DNA from: Hypanus sabinus
Taxonomy: Eukaryota
Assembly: GCF_030144855.1 (NCBI RefSeq)
Contig: NC_082738.1
Location: 5,270,001 to 5,334,000 of the forward strand
Reading direction: 5' to 3'
DNA: 64,000 bases
This document shows, one piece after another, positions 1 through 11,612 of this stretch. The translations under genes and the position numbers were made by a program. Below the pieces are notes generated by a model. It ran no database searches and was not told where the DNA came from. It worked only from the letters and a program-made list of their open reading frames with translations. Position 1 is the first letter of the stretch; the number at the start of each line of letters is the position of its first letter.

Positions 1-212
1 ATGGACAACCACTGTCTTAAAACACATGCTCTACTCTTCCTCCCCCACCTCATCAATGACCCTCAGTTTCCTAAATTGGTGCTGATTCCTCAATGGGAAT
101 GAAATAGTCACTCTGGACGGCAATGAAACCACCCTGGTTTTGAGCCCCATTCACAAGTGAAGCAATGGCACTGTAAATGCCCGTAAAGTTATAACATGAC
201 TTCAGGCATTTC

Positions 213-710
213 ACAGGAATGTTGGAGTATTATGAGCAGTTATCAAAGAAAGGATGTGCTGGCATTTGAGAGGGTCCAGAGGAGGTTCATGAGAATGATT
301 CTGGGAATGAAAGGGTTAATGTATGAGGAGCATTTGATGGCTCTGGGTCTGCACGTGTTCAAGTTTAGAAGAAATGGGGAGGGGATCTCATTGAAACCTA
401 TCGAATATTGAAAGGCCTAGTTAGAGGGGATATGGAGAGGATGTTTCCTACAGTTGGGGAGTCTAGGACCAGAGGACACAGCCTCAGAATAGAAGATTGC
501 CCATTTAGAACAGAGATGAGGAGAAATTTCTTTAGCCAGAGGGTGGTGAATCTGTGTAGTTCTTTGCCACAGACAGCTATGGAGGTCAAGTTATTGGGGA
601 CTATTTAAAGCAGGAGTTGATAGGCATCAAAGGGATAATAAATCAGACATGATTGAATGACAGAGCAGACAAAATGGGCCAAATGGCCTAATTCTGCTCC
701 TGTGTCATTT
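213..710 (+). mobile_element. CR1 LINE 3' fragment
   Basis: Frameshifted ORF2 C-terminus (ERVQRRF..MI.GMKGL.YEE; RTRGHSL; FFSQRVVNL) plus 3' UTR. Confidence 0.85.
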
Positions 711-937
711 TGTCTTCTTTAACACTAGATTACAGCAGGCATTGTTAGTGCAGATGCCCAAGAACTTAATCTAAGAAGGAGGTTTAAATGTGGCTCTGGA
801 TGAAGGAAAAAGGGGTGGTCAGATGAAGATGCTCCTATCTGAAGCTGACAACACTGGATGAATTAAAATCAGGCACAAACAAGAAACTAGAATTAGACTT
901 GCATGGAGAGTTTGTAAGGTCATGGGTCTGAAGTAAA

Positions 938-3605
938 ATAGAAACATAGATAGAAAACCTACAGCACAATACAGGGCTTCGGCCCACAAAGCTGTGCCGA
1001 ACATGTCCTTACCTTAGAAATTACTAGGCTTCCTCATAGCCCTCTATTTTTCTAAGCTCCATGTACCTATCGTATCCACCTCCACCACCGTTATCGGCAG
1101 CCCATTCCATGCACTCACCACTCTCTGAGTAAAAAAACTTAACCCCGACATCTCCTCTGTATCTGCTTCCCACCAGCTTAAACCTGTGTCCTTTTCTGGC
1201 AACCATTTCAGCCCTGGGAAAAAAGCTTCTGACTATCCACAAGATCAATGCCTCTCATCATCTTGTACACCTCTACAGGTCATCTCCCTTCCTCCGTCAC
1301 TCCAAGGAGAAAAGGCCGACTTCACTCAACCTATTCTCATAAGGCATGCTCCCCAATCCAGGCAATATCCTTACAAATTTCCTCTGCACCCTTTCTATAG
1401 TTTCCACATCCTTCCTGTAGTAAGGTGACCAGAACTGAGCACAGTACTCCAAGTGGGGTCTGACCAGGGTCCTATATAGCTGCAACATTACCTCTCGGCT
1501 CCTAAATTCAATTCCACGATTGATGAAGGCCAATGCACCGTACGCCTTCTTAACCACAGAGTCAACCTGTGCAGCATCTTTGAGCGTCCTATGGACTCGA
1601 ACCCCACGATCTCTCTGATCCTTCACACTGTCAAGAGTCTTACCATTAATACTATATTCTGCCATCATATTTGACCTACCAAAATAAACCACTTCACACT
1701 TGTCTGAGTTGAACACCATCTGCCACTTCTCAGCCCAGTTTTGCATCCTATCAATGTCCTGCTGTAACCTCTGACAGCGCTCCACACTATCCACAACACC
1801 TCCAACCTTTGTGTCATCAGCAAACTTGTTAACCCATCCCTCCATTTCCTCATCCATTTCATTTATAAAAAAAAAATGAAGAGTAAGGGTCCCAGAACAG
1901 ATCCCCGAGGCACTCCACAGGTCACCGGCCTCCATGTAGAATATGACCCGTCTACAACCACTCTTTGCCTTCTGTGGGCAAGCTAGTTCTGGATCCACAA
2001 AGCAATGTCCCCTTGGATCTCATGCCTTCTTACTTTCTCAATAAGCCTTGCATGTGGTACCTTGTCAAATGTCTTGCTGAAATCCATATACACTACATCT
2101 ACTGCTCTTCCTTCATCAATATGTTTAGTCATATCCTCAAAAAATTCAATCAGGCTTGTAAGGCACGACCTGCCCTTGACAAAGCCATGCTGACTATTCC
2201 TAATCATATTATAACTCTCCAAATGATCATAAATCTTGCCTCTCAGGATCTTCTCCATCAACTTACCAACCACTGAGGTAAGACTCATTGGTCTATAATT
2301 TCCTGGGCTATCTCTACTCACTTTCTTGAGTAAAGAATCAACACTCGCAACACTCCAATCCTCTGGAACCTCTCCCAACCCCATTGATGATGCAAAGATC
2401 ATCACCAGAAGCTCAGTAATCTCCTCCCTCACCTCCCACAGTAGCCTGGGGTATATCTCATCCAGTCCCGGCGACTTATCCAATTTGATGCTTTCCAAAA
2501 TTTCCAGCACATCTTCCTTCTTAATACTTACATGCTCAAGCTTTTCAGTCTGCTGCAAGTCATCACTACTATCACCAAGATCCTTTTCCATAGTGAATAC
2601 TGAAGCAAAGTATTCATTAAGTACCTCTACTATTTCCTTCGGTTCCATACACACTTTCCCACTGTCACACTTGATAGGTCCTATTCTTTCATGTCTTATC
2701 CTCCTGCTCTTCACATACTTGTAGAATGCCTTGGAGTTTTCCTTAATCTGCCCATCAAGGCCTTCTCATGGCCCCTTCTGGCTCTCCCAATTTTCTTCTT
2801 AAGCTCCTTCCTGTTAGCCTTATAATCTTCTAGATCTCTAACATTACCTAGCTCTCTGAACCTTTTGAAAGCTTTTCTTTTCTTCTTGACTAGATTTATT
2901 ACAGCCTTTGTGCACCACGGTTCCTGTATCCTACCATAACTTCTCTGTCTCATTGGAATGTACCTATGCAGAACTCCACACAAATATTCCCTGAACATTT
3001 GCCACATTTCTTCTGTACTTTACTCTGAGAACATCTGTTTCCAGTTTAAGTTTCCAATTTCCTGCTTGATAGCCTCATAATTCCCCTTACTCCAATTAAA
3101 CATTTTTCTAACTTGTCTATTCCTATCTCTCTCTAATGCTAAGGTAAAGGAGATAGAATTCTGATCACTATCTCCAAAACGCTCTCCCTTAAGAGATCTG
3201 TCACTTGACCAGGTTCATTTCCCAATATTAAATCAAGTACAGCCTCTCCTCTTGTAGGCTTATCTACATTATGTGTCCAAAAATCTTCCTGAACACACCT
3301 AACAAACTCCACCCCATCTAAACCCTTTGCTCTAGGGAGATGCCAATCGATATCTGGGAAATTAAAATCTCCCATCACAACAACTCTGTTATTATTGCAC
3401 TTTTCCAGGATCTGTTTCCCTATCTGCTCCTGGATATCCCTGTTACTATTGGGTGGCCTATAAAAACACCCAGTAGAGTTACTGACCCCTTCCTATTCCT
3501 TAACCTCCACCCACAGAGACTCCATAGACAACCCCTCCATGACATCCACCTTTTCTACAGCCGTGACACTATCTAATTAACACTATCTCTGATTAACAAT
3601 GCCAC
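938..3605 (-). mobile_element. CR1 LINE, 5'-truncated, degraded ORF2 (APE endonuclease end + RT)
   Basis: ORFs with GDFNFPDIDW, KSPG.D, NYRP.SLTSVVGK, QHGF, DFSKTFDKVPH, KFADDTK, RPHLEYC; several stops and frameshifts; 3' UTR at about 940-1050. Confidence 0.95.
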
Positions 3606-4039
3606 ACCAGTGATCAATAGTAGGTGAAAGAGATAGGAAGGGGCCACAATAAGATTCTCCTCATCACTGACACAGGGTGAGCCCTTAGCTCCCTGTGTCT
3701 AAACGCATCTGCAGCTGACACACAAGAAACTTCTGAGGAGAAGTACTAACTTACTTGGCTCAGCTGCAGAACTACCTCCCAATGTCACACATGATCCAAG
3801 GAGTTAAAGCTTCAACAATGTTGAGCATTTAATGCGATTTTTCCCATTGAAAAATAAAGCTTCATTTTACGTGCAAGCATATTTTAAAATGTTGAAGTGA
3901 CATTAAGTTCACGTAGGTTCCTGTAATGCTATTTTAACCAGATTATGCAAACAATGTCTCAAAGTATTAATAGTGATGCAGCCAGTAATTGCTCATGCTG
4001 GACTGTTGACCAGCTACATTTTGGAGGCTGATGGTATCA

Positions 4040-4440
4040 AGTTCAAAATTCAAAAGTTCAAAGTAAATTTATAATTTTCTTGTGGGCATTCCCTATAAGT
4101 ACAAGAAACACAATGGAATCGATGAAAGATTGCAGCCAACAGGCGGACAAACAACCAATGGGCAAAATACAACAAACGGCAAGTACAAAAAGAAAGAAAT
4201 AGTAAATAAATAAATAAGCCATCAAGCAAGTGATAAATACTGAGAGCATGAGATGAAGAGTCCTTGAAAGTGAATCCATACATTCTCGGAAGAGTTGAGT
4301 GACGGGGCAAGTGAAGTTGAGTGATGTTATCCCTTTGGTTCAAGAGCCTGATGGCTGAGGGGTAATAATTGTTCCTAAACTTGGTGGTGTGACTCCTGAG
4401 GCTCCTGTAACTTCTTCCTGATGGCAGCAGCAAGAAAGTG
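4040..4440 (-). mobile_element. Rex1/Babar-like LINE 3' fragment
   Basis: LLPSGR.YRSLRS.TT.FRN.YYP.AIRLLN ORF end plus (ttgaact)-type tail. Confidence 0.75.
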
Positions 4441-5632
4441 GCGGGGTGTCACATTGGAGCAACTGCACTGGGATCACTAAACTAATACTCCCCTTACACA
4501 GCAGCAGAGGGGCAAACACACCTAATTATTCTAGGGAAACTTTATCGGTGTGTAGAATGTCTGTAAATCGACCTTATATAGAGTTCCAAGCATTCACAGG
4601 TCAGATAGGAGAAACAATTTTACTTCCAGTGTTCAGCCTATAGCTCCCTAGTTTCTCCCATTTGCCATTTAGCAATTGATAACTACTTAATGCTTTTTCA
4701 CATGTGTTATTTTGTCCTCAATCACACTGGTGACATTTTGACCTGTGACCTTAGCATCCGGAACCAGTGGCCTGAGAAGTATCCAGGCCCTGTAGCCAGA
4801 TAATTCTGTCCCATTCATGCTGGGACTTTTTACACCCATAAGAACATTAGAATTAGCAACAGGAGTAGCTGCAGCCAGCAAGTCTGCTCTGCCATTCAAT
4901 ACAAACATGGCTGATCAGATCACATTTTCACTCCACTGTAAGTTTTCTTTCACCCCCTTTACTTTTATCATTTATCTATGCCTTTAAAATATTCAAAGAA
5001 CCTATTTCCTCCATCTTTTGAGGAAGCAAGCTTAACATTCATGGTTTTCTGAGAGAAAAGAAATTTCAACTAAACTCTGAATTAAATTGGGATCTGTTAT
5101 CTTTAAGTAATGACCCACCCCCTGTTCTAGATTCTTTCATACGAAGAAGCATCCGCTCCACTTCCATCCTGCCAAGATTCCTGAGGATCTTATACTGTTT
5201 GATTGCATGTCCTCTCAGTCTCCTCTTGTATTTGGTGTTTATTAAGCTAGATTTTGTCTATTGCAGGCTTGTCCAGCTTCTTTTCCACTCTACTGGCATA
5301 ATTTGGAGGAAGTAAATTTGGATCAGTGTAAATGAGTCAGCATGGGTCATCAGGCTGAAGGGTCTGTTTCTATGCTGTTTGACCTTCATCAGAAGAGCAG
5401 CAGAGTGTTTTGAGATAAAAATGGGATGCTGGTTTGAAACACTGGATACAGAGCAATGGCCTCCATGGTATGCATCTGAGCTTTATTTACAATGGTAAGA
5501 GTTTGGAGTGTGACTGTAGAACTGCTTTGACTAGTGAAATGCTAACAAGACAGCTATGTTCACCAAAACTGATCTACTTTTCCAAGGAATTATAGTTTCA
5601 TTGGATAGTGACACAAATAAATGTATTTACAT

Positions 5633-5910
5633 AGGGGCAACACAGCAACAGAGTGGTTAGCACAACGCTTTACAGTACAGGCGGCCTGAGTTCAACTCCT
5701 GCGCTGCCTGTAAGGAGTTTATATGTTCTCCCCGTTTTCTCCTGATGCTCCGGTTTCCTCCCACAGTCCAAAGACATACTGGTTGGTAGGTTAATTTAAA
5801 AAAATTGTCCTGCGATTATGCTGGGGTTAAACTGGGGATTGCTGGGTGGCACGGCTCGAAGGGGCGGAAGGGCCTGTTCTGAGCTGTATCTCAGTAAATA
5901 AATAATAAAT
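5633..5910 (+). mobile_element. tRNA-derived SINE (V-SINE/HE1-like)
   Basis: A-box-like gtggttagc, B-box gagttcaactcc, core gttctcccc...ggtttcctcccacagtccaaagac, (aaat)n tail. Confidence 0.75.
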
Positions 5911-6328
5911 ATATTTCTTGACACCCCCCCCCCCCCCATACTCCAAAATGCTTTGCAGACAGAATTTACTTTGCAGGCAGCATTGCAGACAACAAAGCCT
6001 CCAATTCATGTGCTACAGTAAGTCAGTGATCTCTGTGATAATCTCCTTTAATGATGAGGGGACACCAGCAGCTGCATTGATGTGTCATGGCTCTCTCAAG
6101 TCCTCTTAAGAAAATAGCATCTCCTCTGTAAATAGCACTGATGCCAATGCAGCACTCCCTCGGTGCACTCCAAGGTATTGATTTAATGTGGTACTCTTGG
6201 TTCTCCAGTCCAAATGCTAATACTTTAAAAAGATGTGCAATCATCCTGCTTGGTGCTGTGATAGGATCCCCATGTGGATCCCTGCTAGGTACCTGGGATG
6301 GTCAGTCGCTGGCAGAAAACCCACCTTA

Positions 6329-6665
6329 CATAGAATCATGGGGGACATAGATAAGGTGAATGGTCACAGTCTTTTCCAAAGGTAGAGGAGACAAAATCTA
6401 GAGAGCAAAGGTTTTTGGTGAGAGGGGGAAAGATTTAATGGGGACATGAGGGGCAACCTTTTCAAAAAGATGGTGGTGGCTATGTGGAATAAACTGCCAG
6501 GGAAAGTGGTAGAGACAGGCAGAATCATAATCTTTAAATGACATGGATAGTAAAGGTTCAGAGAAGATCAGCCAAACAAAGGCACTACTTGGGTAGGCAA
6601 CTTGGTCAGCGTTCACGAGTTGGGCCAAAGGGCCTGTTTCCATGCTGTATAACACTATGACTCTA
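6329..6665 (+). mobile_element. Old CR1 3' fragment
   Basis: Similar to the CR1 3' end at 44050-44410 (tgggccaaagggcctgtttccatgctgta). Confidence 0.7.
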
Positions 6666-8185
6666 AAATGTCTCCCTGTGCATAATGCTATAATGGTCTG
6701 TTTTAGAGCCAGTTCTATTTAGCCTCTCTTTTTGTGGACCTGCGGGACAAATGATGTACAAGTGGAATGCCAGTAAGGAGTCTGTCCTCATGTCTTCAAG
6801 GTGGGTCTTTAAACACAAGCACAGGATGCAGAAAAAAGGATACTACCTATTGAGCTCTTGTTAATGTAACTCACTGGACATAACATAGTCTTACTGAGGG
6901 TACACCACAATGAGTGCTGACTTCTTCAATAAGTGACAAGCATAAACTTTAGAAGGTTATTCATAATACCAATACCTTGCATGGAAAGAATACAGTATGT
7001 CATTTGATTATTTACATTTCTTTCCTAATTAATATTACATAGCAAAAGATCGCATATCATCTCTCAATTTATGAAATAAAGGTTGAGGTTCATTATTGAG
7101 GTGATTTTCCCCTTTAGCTCTAATACTATATGTTTATTTTGATGAGTTTCTCACACAATTGGTAATAATAAGATCACTTACAAGCAACACCAGCAGCGCA
7201 TTCCACGAAGGACTCAAGAAGACCAGGCTTCCCTAAGTGTCCCACCTTAAGGCCTCCATGCTTTGACACAGCCAGCTTTACCTGCTCTCCAGGGCTGGCT
7301 GACCATGTAAGGACTGAGCAGCACTTGACACCCATGAAGGCTGGTCAAAAATAGCTTTAATAGCTCAGCGTTAAGTCAAGGTCAGCTGATTTAAATCTTC
7401 CTGCACAGATGGTTGATTTCATTGCTGCCCTTCCCCCACTGAGGTTCCCTCTACACTTGAGTGGTGTGGTATTTACAAAGGAGAAACAGTCCGATTGGCC
7501 CTACAGGTCAAAGCAGCTGCTTATAGCCCAGATGAACTTCATCCGAAGAGTGACACTGTGATATAGCAGTTAATCTGCCAGCTCACAATTGCAGCAACTC
7601 TGGTTCTGTCCTGACCTCCAGTGCTCACTTTGTGAAGTTCATATGTTGTCACAATGAACACATGGGTTGCTTCAGTCTCCCCCCACATCTCAGACACACG
7701 GTTGCTTAACTGTCCACTTTAAATGATCCCTTCATGTAGGTTATTGGAAAAAGGAACAAAAGGAGAGTTGATGGGCAGAAGAGGGAACAAAATGCAGGAC
7801 CACAAAGAAATGAGGAGCAGCGGAACTATTGACATTGCTATATTGGGAGTCAAAATGGATCACATGGGTAGAATGGCCACAGTCTGTGTTGTAATTTGTA
7901 AGTCAATAATCTCCCCCTCATTCTATCAGCATACCCTTCTATTCTTTTCCTCCTTCTCTGCTCCACATAAAAGCTCTTCTTAAATTCATCTCAGCCATTT
8001 GTACAGTAGTAAATTTTGAATTCTAACCAAACTCGGCATAACAAGACTTCTCCTGATTTCTTATCATGTGTGGCTGGAAATCAGCCTTCAGTCTTTGGAA
8101 GTGCCCACTTTTCTGTTCGATCACTGTCAGTCATTCAAGTCCCAGGTAGAGACTAAGAAACACTATCGCACTTAGCTGTAGGATT

Positions 8186-8420
8186 GTTCATTGCTGTTTC
8201 CAAAACAATTTTGTTTTATCTGTCAGCATTGTTATCCCTGAGCTGAAGCCATGAACCTGGAGGACCAGTGGACAACTCTTAGTTTGGCCTCTACCTTTTG
8301 GCATGGTTGACTCTACCAAGAGCCAAAGCACAAGGCCCTGACTCCAGCCAACATAGCTCTCTGGGTCACTGAGGCATGAAAGCCTCCAAACCACAACAAA
8401 ACTGTGGTCCTCTTGGAGGA
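8186..8420 (-). mobile_element. RTE-clade LINE 5' UTR fragment
   Basis: Reverse strand resembles RTE/Expander-type 5' UTRs (tgtggtttggaggct...gaccc.gagagctatgttggc...ggaaacagcaatgaa). Recalled similarity only. Confidence 0.5.
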
Positions 8421-8599
8421 AGCTTTGTTATAGGAAGAGATTAATAGACTGATAAAGGTAAAGTGAGTCAAAGATTGATAGCTCTTTCACACAGATTGGA
8501 AACAGATCTTTTGACCCCAATTCATTCAGGCCAACCAAATCGCCTTTCAGAGCTAGTCTCTTTTGAATGTGTTTCAAAGATTCAAAGTACATTTATTAT

Positions 8600-8940
8600 C
8601 AACCAATCAGAAGGAAAAGCAAAGGGATCCTGAAGAGAGAATTTGGAGAGCTAGGCAGAAAGCTAAGAAGCAGGATCACCAAAGTAGTAATTTCTGGATT
8701 GCTACCTGCGCCTTGCGCCAGTGAGGGTAGAAACAGAATGATCTGGCAGATAAATGCGTGGCTGAGAAGCTGGTGCAGGGGGCAGGGTTTCAGGTTCTTG
8801 GATCATTAGGATCCATTATGGGAGGAGGTATGATCTGTATAAAAGTGACAGGTTGACCTGAAACTGAGAAGCACCAATATTCTTGTGAGCAGGTTTGTTA
8901 GAGCTGTTGGGGAGAGTTTAAACTAATTTGGCAGGGAGGG
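8600..8940 (+). mobile_element. CR1 ORF1 (SGNH esterase-like) fragment
   Basis: Peptide LKREFGELGRKLRSR.TKVVISGLLP...NAWLRSWCRGQGFRFLDH is typical of CR1 ORF1 esterase domains. Confidence 0.8.
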
Positions 8941-8959
8941 TGAAGGGGGGGGGAGCACT

Positions 8960-9268
8960 AGATAGAGGCGATCATCATGCATCGCCTCCCTCTGGTTCTC
9001 CTCCCCCTGCTGCTCCTCTCTCCTTTTCTTCCATGACCTACTGTCTCTTTCACCAATTTACTCCCCAACTCTTTACTTCATCCCTCCCCCTTCAGGTTTC
9101 ACCTGTCACCTGGTGTTTCTCTCTCACCTCGCCCACCTTTCAAATCTACTCCTCTCAGCTTTTTTTCTCTAGTCCTGCCAAAAGGTTTCATCTTGAAATG
9201 CCGACTGTACCCTTTTCCCAGATGCCACCTGGCCTGTGAGTTCCTCCAGCACCTTGTGTGTGTTGCCT
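8960..9268 (+). mobile_element. Penelope-derived terminal repeat fragment
   Basis: Pyrimidine-rich tract ending gagttcctccagcac.ttgtgtgtgttgc, similar to 19590-19900. Confidence 0.6.
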
Positions 9269-9319
9269 GAGTGAAGTTATCACTTTTGGTTCAAGAGCCT
9301 GATGGTTGAGGGGTAATAT

Positions 9320-9760
9320 CTGTTCACCAACACCTCTACTCTCTGAGGAGGCTGAAGAGAGCTGGACTTTGTACCTCTATACTCACGTCCTCCTACAGAT
9401 GAGCAGTAGAGAGCATCCTGTCAAGTGGAATTACTGCATGGTACGGAAACTCTGCTGCAGCAATCAGGAAGGCTCTATAATGATTAGTCAAAACTTTAAT
9501 GGGTAGGCAAAACTACCCAACATATCACCGGCACCAGCCTACCTACCATCCATCAAGGATTTATATACAGAAAGGTGCTGGAAGAGGGCCAGTAATATCA
9601 TGAAGGCTCTCACCAACCCTGCTCATGCACTATTTGTCCTACTCTCATCAGGGCGGGGGCTTCATAGCATCCACGCCAGGATCACCAGACTCAAAAGTAG
9701 TTACTTTCCTCAAACAGTAAGGCTGATCAACACCTCCATCTACTAACTCACCCTCAACAC
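9320..9760 (+). mobile_element. Rex1/Babar-like LINE fragment
   Basis: Degraded ORF end (ITAWYGN, I.KD..HP.H.LF.LL.SGR, RLK.SYFPQ.VRL.N readable across frames). Confidence 0.7.
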
Positions 9761-9835
9761 CACACTGAGATGTTTGACTGGGTATCATGGCCTAATGCAC
9801 ACGTGCTCTCTCTCTCTCTCTCTCTCTCTGGCAGG

Positions 9836-10708
9836 TGTTACAAACCCCATAACTGGGTCACTTACCAGCAAAGATGGAGACGTCCGTTGAAGTCTGATGA
9901 TACTATTTTTAACAGTATTTATTAGTAAAAATACACAAAAATAATATCAATGCAAATATACAGATAATATACGTCATCAGTACTAAATCTAAAAGTGCGG
10001 GTATAATAATAATCAATAAGAAATAAGCTCTATCGTTGTCTAGGGGATAATGTATTGTCCGATGGACATATAAAGTTCACTCAGTTCATGCAGGCTGCAG
10101 CCTTTGGGGATCGCTGTGTTGCAATGGTTGGAGAGAGAGAGAGATTTGGAGAAAAACTTGCCGGCTTTCCTTTTATGATTCGATCCGTCAGGTGTCTCGT
10201 TGTCGTGGCCTTTCACTTGTGGCCTCTCCTTTAGCTAAACCGTTCTTCCGTGAGGAGCCAGCCACCCTGGTAAGGGAGGACGCACACGAGCCCCCACCGG
10301 CTGTCGCTATTAAACGCTGTCACGGGATCTCTAGCATTTCTCCTGGTGCGCCTAAAGGGGTTGTTCGCCAGACCCCTCTATTATCCTTACTCACGGGGTC
10401 TCAGATGTCAATCAGGTTGGGATAATGCAGTCCCTCAACCAGATCACTCTGGTTGTCCCCTGAGGGGTTTCAATACACAATACACAATACAGTACTCAAT
10501 ACACAATTCCATCTCCAAGAGACAATAGCAGTTATCAGTGGTTCCGTTTCACTGAGGTCAGGACACATTCCAAACCTTGTGTATTCTGGATGTCTCTCTC
10601 TCATTTCTTGGGTCTCAGACCCGAATTAATAGCGATCTTGCGATTCTCAAAAAGGAGGGGGCGACTTTGTACCCTTCGGCCCCTCAGAGTTGTGGCACAT
10701 TCATAACA
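9836..10708 (-). mobile_element. Solo LTR (873 bp), 4-bp TSD CAGG
   Basis: TGTTA...TAACA termini, CAGG at 9832-9835 and 10709-10712; both ends are reverse-complement homologous to 57998-58807. Confidence 0.9.
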
Positions 10709-10889
10709 CAGGAAACATAGGACACTGGTGAAGAACATTTGATTACAGAAGAGATTCCACTACCATGTGGACTGACATGAGAATTTCCAGCATCCTACGG
10801 ACCACAAAATGAATTATTCAACCAATTACAATGTATTTACAGTGCATTATGCCTAAACAAGGGAGACTACAGCAGGACGAGGGAGGAGA

Positions 10890-11581
10890 TGGATAGGGTA
10901 GACTGGTAACACAGGCTATATGGTGGGACAGTTGAGGAACAGTGGAAGACTTTTAAAGAGATTTTTCATGATGCTCAACAAAAGTATATTCCAGTTAAAA
11001 GCATGTACAGTAAGGGTGGAGGGAGTCAACCATGGATAACTAAGGAAATAAAAGAAATAACCATATAACCATATAACAATCACAGCACGGAAACAGGCCA
11101 TCTCGGCCCTCCTAGTCCGTGCCGAACTCTTAATCTCACCTAGTCCCACCTACCCGCACTCAGCCCATAACCCTCCACTCCTTTCCTGTCCATATACCTA
11201 TCCAATTTTACCTTAAATGACACAATTGAACTGGCCTCTACTACTTCTACAGGAAGCTCATTCCACACAGCTATCACTCTCTGAGTAAAGAAATACCCCC
11301 TTGTGTTTCCCTTAAACTTCTGCCCCCTAACTCTCAAATCATGTCCTCTCATTTGAATCTCCCCTACTCTCAATGGAAACAGCCTATTCACATCAACTCT
11401 ATCTATCCCTCTCAAAATTTTAAATACCTCGATCAAATCCCCCCTCAACCTTCTACGCTCCAATGAATAGAGACCTAATTCGTTCAACCTTTCTCTGTAA
11501 CTTAAGTGCTGAAACCCAGGTAACATCCTAGTAAATCGTCTCTGCACTCTCTCTAATTTATTGATATCTTTCCTATAATTC

Positions 11582-11612
<31 letters not shown>

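Noticed and set aside
1297-2714. Longest ORFs in the track (233 and 243 aa) as host genes
   Set aside because: They are pieces of a broken CR1 ORF2.
5633-5710. tRNA gene-like sequence
   Set aside because: A/B boxes belong to SINE heads; no full cloverleaf, and the SINE core and tail follow.
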